This document shows positions 59,068 to 64,000 of a stretch of DNA of 64,000 nucleotides, in pieces. The translations under genes were made by a program, and so were the position numbers. The notes below the pieces were generated by a model. That model saw only the letters and a program-made list of their open reading frames with translations. It searched no databases and had not been told where the DNA came from. Every line of letters starts with the position of its first letter. Position 1 is the first letter of the stretch. Location: assembly GCA_023957235.1 (NCBI GenBank), contig JAMLHI010000003.1, positions 279,371 to 343,370 of the forward strand, read 5' to 3'. The DNA is from Chitinophagales bacterium (GTDB taxonomy: Bacteria; Bacteroidota; Bacteroidia; Chitinophagales; JADIYW01).

Positions 59068-60741
59068 ATGCATATTTATAAAAATAAGATTTCTCAATAT
59101 GCACTAATATTGTTTTTGTGTAATTTCTTTTTACTCTATATCTTTTATAATACTTTCACTCTTATTGTTGGTGATGATTACCAATCTTTTGCCTATCAAG
59201 TGTTTGGTGGAGTGTTTAGTGACAAGCCTAAAATCAATCATTTATTTACTTCTTACGTTGGAATATCTCACTTCTACAATCTCTTATTTACACTATTCCC
59301 TAAGATAAACTGGGTAGCATTTTTTGATGTTTTCTTTTTGTTGATTGGCTATTTAATCTATCAAATTACCATTATACATTTGGCAAAGAGATTTTTAAAT
59401 AACATTTGGTGGGTCGGTATATGTCTATTTTCATCTTCATTCATCTTTATCGAGGGATTTGCTATCATTTCACTTTCGAGACCAGCCCTAATTTTATGTG
59501 GTTTAAGCTTATATTATTTATTATTTATTGCTCAAAACAAATTACAGAAATCATTCTATCACATAATCTTTATAATAGGAATGATGATAAGGCCTGAGGC
59601 AGGTATGGGCATGTTAATCTTTGTCCCTATGGCTTATTTATTATTTGGAAATAAAATCACTCAATGTTTGTACAGTATTCGATGGATAATTTTAGGAGTG
59701 ATAGCTTTTAATTTTTACTCTACTTATCAAATGAAATTTAGTTCTAATTTCTTAGACAGAATTGAACCTGAAGTAGAGTATAATTTTATGCAAAACAATA
59801 CTCTTCCTTTGCCGCCTAATTCATCTAAGGTTGATTCTATTAAATATGAATTAGCAATAAAAGGTTTTATTTTTGACCCTCAAGTACTCACTCCCGAATA
59901 TTTAAGAAGTATTCAATATTCACCAAGTCCCAATCAATATCTAAATAAACTACAGCCATCTCTAGAAATCACTTTCAATTTTATTGAAAAGTATCCAATT
60001 TTTGGAGTTCTATTTCTCCTTTCCATTTTAATAGGCATTTTGAAAAAGAAGTGGAAATATATTTTTACAGTACTGTCACTAACTACCTTTTTAATATCAA
60101 CATTTACAGCTTTGGTGATGGTAAGCGGCATTGGTGATAGACATGTGCAACCATTCCTTTCTATTTATATATTGTTACTATTTCATCTTTTCATTAATAC
60201 TTTTAATTCAAGAGAACTTCATCCACTTGTCTGGATATCAATCAGCACCGTTCTATCCTTCGCTATTCATTCACAATTGATAAAAATGAAGATGAATGTG
60301 TTATCATTATATGAAAAATGCCTAAATAGTGAGCAAAGAAGAAAAGAACTAGATACAGCATATAATAATCAACTGATTGTTGGTGCATTATCCTCTATGA
60401 CTGAAGTTTTCGATAGAAGAATTAGTCTAAAAAATCAAGACAGCTTTAACAATAAATATATGATATTTGAAGTATATCAATTTTCGATGCAACCTCCTTA
60501 TGATAATTATATTAAAAGACTTGTCAATAAGAAAGACTATAATGTATCTGATGTGTATGAATATTTTTGTAGTCAAAATGCTTTATATATTACAAATAAA
60601 AGAGATGCACAATTAACAGAAGACTATCTCAATATTGTTTATAATATGAACATAGCATTCATTCCAGAAGCATTTGAGTTTTCATCTCACTCTGACAATC
60701 ATAATAGAGTAAATGTCTATAGGTTAGTAAATAATCGTTAA
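59068..60741 (+). CDS. Polytopic membrane protein, paralogue C
   Basis: MIRPEAGMG (R-P-E) and FLDRIEPEVEYNFMQNNTLP...SIKYELAIKGF. Confidence 0.75.
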   Translation: MHIYKNKISQYALILFLCNFFLLYIFYNTFTLIVGDDYQSFAYQVFGGVFSDKPKINHLFTSYVGISHFYNLLFTLFPKINWVAFFDVFFLLIGYLIYQITIIHLAKRFLNNIWWVGICLFSSSFIFIEGFAIISLSRPALILCGLSLYYLLFIAQNKLQKSFYHIIFIIGMMIRPEAGMGMLIFVPMAYLLFGNKITQCLYSIRWIILGVIAFNFYSTYQMKFSSNFLDRIEPEVEYNFMQNNTLPLPPNSSKVDSIKYELAIKGFIFDPQVLTPEYLRSIQYSPSPNQYLNKLQPSLEITFNFIEKYPIFGVLFLLSILIGILKKKWKYIFTVLSLTTFLISTFTALVMVSGIGDRHVQPFLSIYILLLFHLFINTFNSRELHPLVWISISTVLSFAIHSQLIKMKMNVLSLYEKCLNSEQRRKELDTAYNNQLIVGALSSMTEVFDRRISLKNQDSFNNKYMIFEVYQFSMQPPYDNYIKRLVNKKDYNVSDVYEYFCSQNALYITNKRDAQLTEDYLNIVYNMNIAFIPEAFEFSSHSDNHNRVNVYRLVNNR

Positions 60742-60843
60742 CATTAATTTACAAAAAGTTGTTTTAGTTACAAATAGATTCTCTACTTTTTTAAATAAAT
60801 AGGAGTTTAATTGATTATATTAGTGGTCAAATAAGATTAGATT

Positions 60844-61629
60844 ATGAACGAAAGTGAATATGAATTTCCTAAAGGTGAGGAAATCGTTTATTTAAGACCT
60901 CCTAAGGAAGAATATAAAGGTAAAATGAAACCTTTTTATAATCCTGCTAACTTTCCTGAACTTCAACCTCTACTAGATAATTGGGAAAAAATTAGAGATG
61001 AAGTTCTGTCTTATGAAAAAAAGAATGGCTTTTTAAATATAACCAATACTCTATCACCTGGAAAAGTTACAGGAAAAGGGAAGTGGAATCTTACATATTT
61101 AATGAGTTTTTCTAGAATTTACCATAGCAATATTGAGCTCTTTCCTTTTACATGGAGTGTATTACAGCAAATACCTAACATCGTTTTTGCAGGAGTGAGT
61201 ATTCTACCTCCTCACACGACAATTAATCCACACTATGGCGATACTAATGGTATTGTAAGAGGGCATTTGGGTTTAATTATACCTTCTAATGACACGAATG
61301 AATTAGGTATAAATGTTAGTGAAGAAATCAATGGCTGGAAAGAAGGTGAAATTTTCTGTTTTATGAATGTCATCAAACATTGGGTTTGGAATAAAACTTC
61401 CGAGAGAAGATATGTAATAATGTTTGATTTTATTCCTCAACCATTAGTACACAAGCAAAAAGAAATCTGCGCAAGAGGGTTGGGAAGCCAGAGTTTCATA
61501 TATATGTACAAACATTGGTCTTGGGTAAAATCATTGCCAGAGTTCTTATATGAACCGATGTGCAGATTGTTTGCTCTCATATGGAGAGTTTATCTACCAT
61601 TCCAAAGACGTTTAAAGTTTCTACCCTAA
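60844..61629 (+). CDS. AspH/LpxO-family Fe(II)/2OG oxygenase #3
   Basis: PHYGDTNGIVRGHLGLIIP, MNVIKHWVWNKT and the C-terminal YLPFQRRLKFLP. Confidence 0.8.
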   Translation: MNESEYEFPKGEEIVYLRPPKEEYKGKMKPFYNPANFPELQPLLDNWEKIRDEVLSYEKKNGFLNITNTLSPGKVTGKGKWNLTYLMSFSRIYHSNIELFPFTWSVLQQIPNIVFAGVSILPPHTTINPHYGDTNGIVRGHLGLIIPSNDTNELGINVSEEINGWKEGEIFCFMNVIKHWVWNKTSERRYVIMFDFIPQPLVHKQKEICARGLGSQSFIYMYKHWSWVKSLPEFLYEPMCRLFALIWRVYLPFQRRLKFLP

Positions 61630-61643
61630 TTCACAAAACAGTC

Positions 61644-63281
61644 TTAGTTATTAGTGGTTTCTTCAGCTTTACTAGCTACATTTTTTCCCCTCGGCGGTTC
61701 TGGCTTTTCAGCAGCATATAATCGAGCATCCGGTTTAGGAATATCTTTATAGATTTTAGCGATTTTATAATTCTTGTAGCCCAGTTTTTTCAAGTAAAAT
61801 CTTAATATATTTTTCAGGTAAAAGTTAGCATAAGTAATAAAATCAAGATTAATATCTTTAAAACCTGCATATACATCCACCACTTTACCCAAAAAGTTTT
61901 TAATAGGTCTAGGTATCCAATCTACAGCTTCTTCGCTCAATCTTTGCTTAATAAAATTAGGCATAGAAGGTAGAATTCTATAGATAAATTCATAGTTAGC
62001 ATAAGCTCTTACAAGCTCTGGATCTTTGATATTATCTTGGTTTCTAAAGAAGTAAAAATCTTCACCATGATTCAATCTTTTTAAATCTTCATCTGAAACG
62101 ATACCTGCATCATAAGCTTCAAAAAGCATCTCTGTTCCAGGCAAGAAAGCAGTCCAAAAAGTTTGAATTCTATAAGGAGTATATTTCTTATATAAATCTA
62201 AAGCTATTTTTTGGGCACTGACAGGTTCTCCCGGTAATGCAAGCATTTGATCCACTTTTACTTTGAGTTTATACTTTCTCATCAACTCCAAAGCAATAAT
62301 GATTTGTTCAGATTTTTCTCTACGCTTTAAAGTATTGGTTTTAAATTCCTCATCCATGGTCTGAATACCCATTTGTATCCATTGACATCCGGCATGTTTG
62401 AGAGCTCTTGCTATATCTTCATCGAAATATTTAGCATGTACCAAAATATTGAAGGGTAAGTCGATTTCTCTTTTATACGTATCCAAAAACTCCATGAGCC
62501 AAGTCTTATTGACCGTAAAGACATCATCTTGAAAATCAACAGACCTCAACTTATATCTTTCTTTCGCCCATTTCAGTTCACCTATAACGTGAGAAACACT
62601 TCTGTGTCTTACATATTTACCCTTTTTACCTTCTGGAAGTCTGGCAAAAAAGTTGTTAAAACAGAAAGTACATTGGTATGGACAACCTCTTGACGCCAAA
62701 ATCAAATAACTGTCTCTTAGATTCACATAAGGCTCCCACATCGTTTTTTCAGGATATGGAAAATCATCCAAATCTTGATGAAATCCTACTTGCCTACCTT
62801 TTACTATTTGTCCGTCTCGTCCAACAAACTGCGTATTTTGGATAGGCTGATCTAGACCTCCAGCTTCTATATCTTTCAAAATATCAACGATACAAAGCTC
62901 GCCTTCTCCTACCACTGCGTAATCAACCTCATCATAAGAAAGACACACATCTGGTACTGCAGAAGTATGCACACCACCAAAAATAGTTTTTACATACGGC
63001 AGTTCTTTTTTTACTCCTCTAACGATTTGTATAGACCATTGAAAAGTAGCGGTCAGAGCTCCAAATGCAATGACATCCGGCTTTTTCGCAATAATTTCTT
63101 TGATGAGAGAATCCGTTTCATCAAAAAATTTATTGAGCCACGGAATCTCCAAGTTGTATCTATCGTGAAATAAGGAAGCAGTAAAAGCAATATCAATTTC
63201 ATGACCAGCTTCTTTCACTAAAGCGGCAATTTGACTGATACCTAACTGTTCTGAACCTATCCCAAGAAAGAGTACTTTCAT
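61644..63281 (-). CDS. B12-binding-domain radical SAM enzyme #3
   Basis: MKVLFLGIGSEQLGISQIAALVKEAGHEIDIAF (B12 domain) and ASRGCPYQCTFCFN. Confidence 0.85.
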   Translation of the reverse strand: MKVLFLGIGSEQLGISQIAALVKEAGHEIDIAFTASLFHDRYNLEIPWLNKFFDETDSLIKEIIAKKPDVIAFGALTATFQWSIQIVRGVKKELPYVKTIFGGVHTSAVPDVCLSYDEVDYAVVGEGELCIVDILKDIEAGGLDQPIQNTQFVGRDGQIVKGRQVGFHQDLDDFPYPEKTMWEPYVNLRDSYLILASRGCPYQCTFCFNNFFARLPEGKKGKYVRHRSVSHVIGELKWAKERYKLRSVDFQDDVFTVNKTWLMEFLDTYKREIDLPFNILVHAKYFDEDIARALKHAGCQWIQMGIQTMDEEFKTNTLKRREKSEQIIIALELMRKYKLKVKVDQMLALPGEPVSAQKIALDLYKKYTPYRIQTFWTAFLPGTEMLFEAYDAGIVSDEDLKRLNHGEDFYFFRNQDNIKDPELVRAYANYEFIYRILPSMPNFIKQRLSEEAVDWIPRPIKNFLGKVVDVYAGFKDINLDFITYANFYLKNILRFYLKKLGYKNYKIAKIYKDIPKPDARLYAAEKPEPPRGKNVASKAEETTNN

Positions 63282-63421
63282 TTTAATCTAGATTTTCTAA
63301 TATCTAAGGCAAATTACAAAAATATATGCTGAAATGAATAGGCTAGAGTGTTTTATGTGATATTTATTACACTTTTGTCTTTTGCGTTCTCTGTTGTTAA
63401 TGAAGTTACACGAGGTTGAAG

Positions 63422-63650
63422 GTCATTATAAAAGAATCTCAATCCTCAACTGTATTGCATAAAGATGCTTACAGCATGACATTTGTGATAGTTATGGTTA
63501 CCACTGTCATTCTAAAAGAATCTCAATCCTTAACTGTATTGCATAAAGATGCTTACAGCATGACATTCGTGTAGTATGGCTGCCTCTCTGTCATTCTGAA
63601 AGAATCTCAATCCTCAACTGTATTGCATAAAGATGCTTACAGCATGACAT
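63422..63650 (-). repeat. Tandem array (3 copies) of the ~84-bp repeat family, inverted relative to the 26.6-kb array
   Basis: Copies lie at 63422-63482, 63505-63566 and 63589-63650 (TGTCATTCTGAAAGAATCTCAATCCTCAACTGTATTGCATAAAGATGCTTACAGCATGACAT). The linkers are 22 nt. TTGTCTTTTGCG motif blocks flank both sides. Confidence 0.9.
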
Positions 63651-63813
63651 TAGCGTAAAATTCTAAATCACTATTTGTCTTTTGCGCCTTTGCGATTATT
63701 AAAAGAACGCAAGATTATTTCACAAAAGCAAGAGAGATGTCAAAATATCTTTAAATGAAAAACCTTTTGATTTTTACTTTTTTGCCTAATTTTATCAACG
63801 AACTTAATTATTG

Positions 63814-64000
63814 ATGAAATATCGATTGATTTATTTTCTGGAAAAAAAAGTTGGCAAAATTTTGTGCTTTCTATTGTCACTTTTTGCCAATAATAAAAAA
63901 TCATCTAACACAGAAGCCAAGACAAGCAAGCTAGTTTTTATTAAGTTTATTGAACAAGGTGCATGGGTTTTACATTTACCCAATATTTTATACACTCAGA
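63814..64000 (+). CDS. Partial ORF running off the window (possibly a GT9-type glycosyltransferase N-terminus)
   Basis: The frame is open from the ATG at 63814 to the window end. KLVFIKFIEQGAWVLHLP loosely resembles the GT9 N-terminal ILVIRLxxxGD pattern. Confidence 0.35.
   Translation, partial: MKYRLIYFLEKKVGKILCFLLSLFANNKKSSNTEAKTSKLVFIKFIEQGAWVLHLPNILYTQ

Noticed and set aside
27035-63281. Classifying the cluster simply as a RiPP locus because of the multiple radical SAM and AspH genes.
   Set aside because: There is no convincing precursor peptide, no protease/transporter pair typical of RiPPs and no RRE-like domain. Wzm/Wzt and sugar-nucleotide genes point at least as strongly to a glycoconjugate. 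It is kept only as an alternative hypothesis.
63422-63650. The regular repeat-spacer look of the arrays (62-bp repeat, 22-nt spacer) suggested a CRISPR array.
   Set aside because: - The repeat is far longer and the spacers far shorter than in CRISPR.
- The 'spacers' are themselves semi-conserved between loci.
- The units carry terminal inverted repeats.
- No cas genes are present in the window.

Overview
AT-rich window that looks Bacteroidota-like. That assignment is an inference from TAnnTTTG-type promoter motifs, the IS families present and the absence of obvious Shine-Dalgarno sites. There are no rRNA, tRNA or CRISPR loci.

Layout:
- 1-14.2 kb: housekeeping and miscellaneous genes. These are a 5'-truncated M1 peptidase, a TauE-like permease, a TlpA-like thioredoxin-fold protein, rluE, a stand-alone KS-AT-ACP type I PKS, a SET-domain protein, an FMN glutamate-synthase-like protein and thiE.
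- 14.3-21.8 kb: a small sugar-modification locus with an N-acetyl-sugar amidotransferase, a membrane-anchored SGNH hydrolase, a carbamoyltransferase, an SDR epimerase and a decayed SGNH gene fragment.
- 22.0-24.4 kb: a graveyard of three dead IS elements (IS4-family, IS30, IS1595).
- 26.6-26.9 kb, 55.2-55.3 kb and 63.4-63.65 kb: arrays of an approximately 84-bp tandem repeat.
- About 27.0-63.3 kb: the main item, a roughly 36-kb gene cluster bracketed by the first and last repeat arrays in inverted orientation.

The cluster combines several gene sets:
- a Wzm/Wzt ABC-2 exporter, where Wzt carries a C-terminal beta-sandwich-like domain;
- sugar-nucleotide genes: wecE-like, Gfo/Idh/MocA, HldD-like, GNAT and a single GT2;
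- an acyl-AMP-ligase/ACP/KAS-III cassette;
- a membrane-anchored diheme cytochrome c;
- an unusually dense oxidative and radical tailoring set: 6 PhyH domains (one ORF is a PhyH-PhyH fusion), 3 AspH/LpxO-like hydroxylases, 2 P4H-like oxygenases with HxG in place of HxD, and 3 B12-binding radical SAM enzymes;
- a PRMT-like methyltransferase;
- four paralogues of an uncharacterised polytopic membrane protein.

I do not recognise this combination as any described pathway. All functional calls are from motifs read by eye in the supplied translations, and no searches were run.
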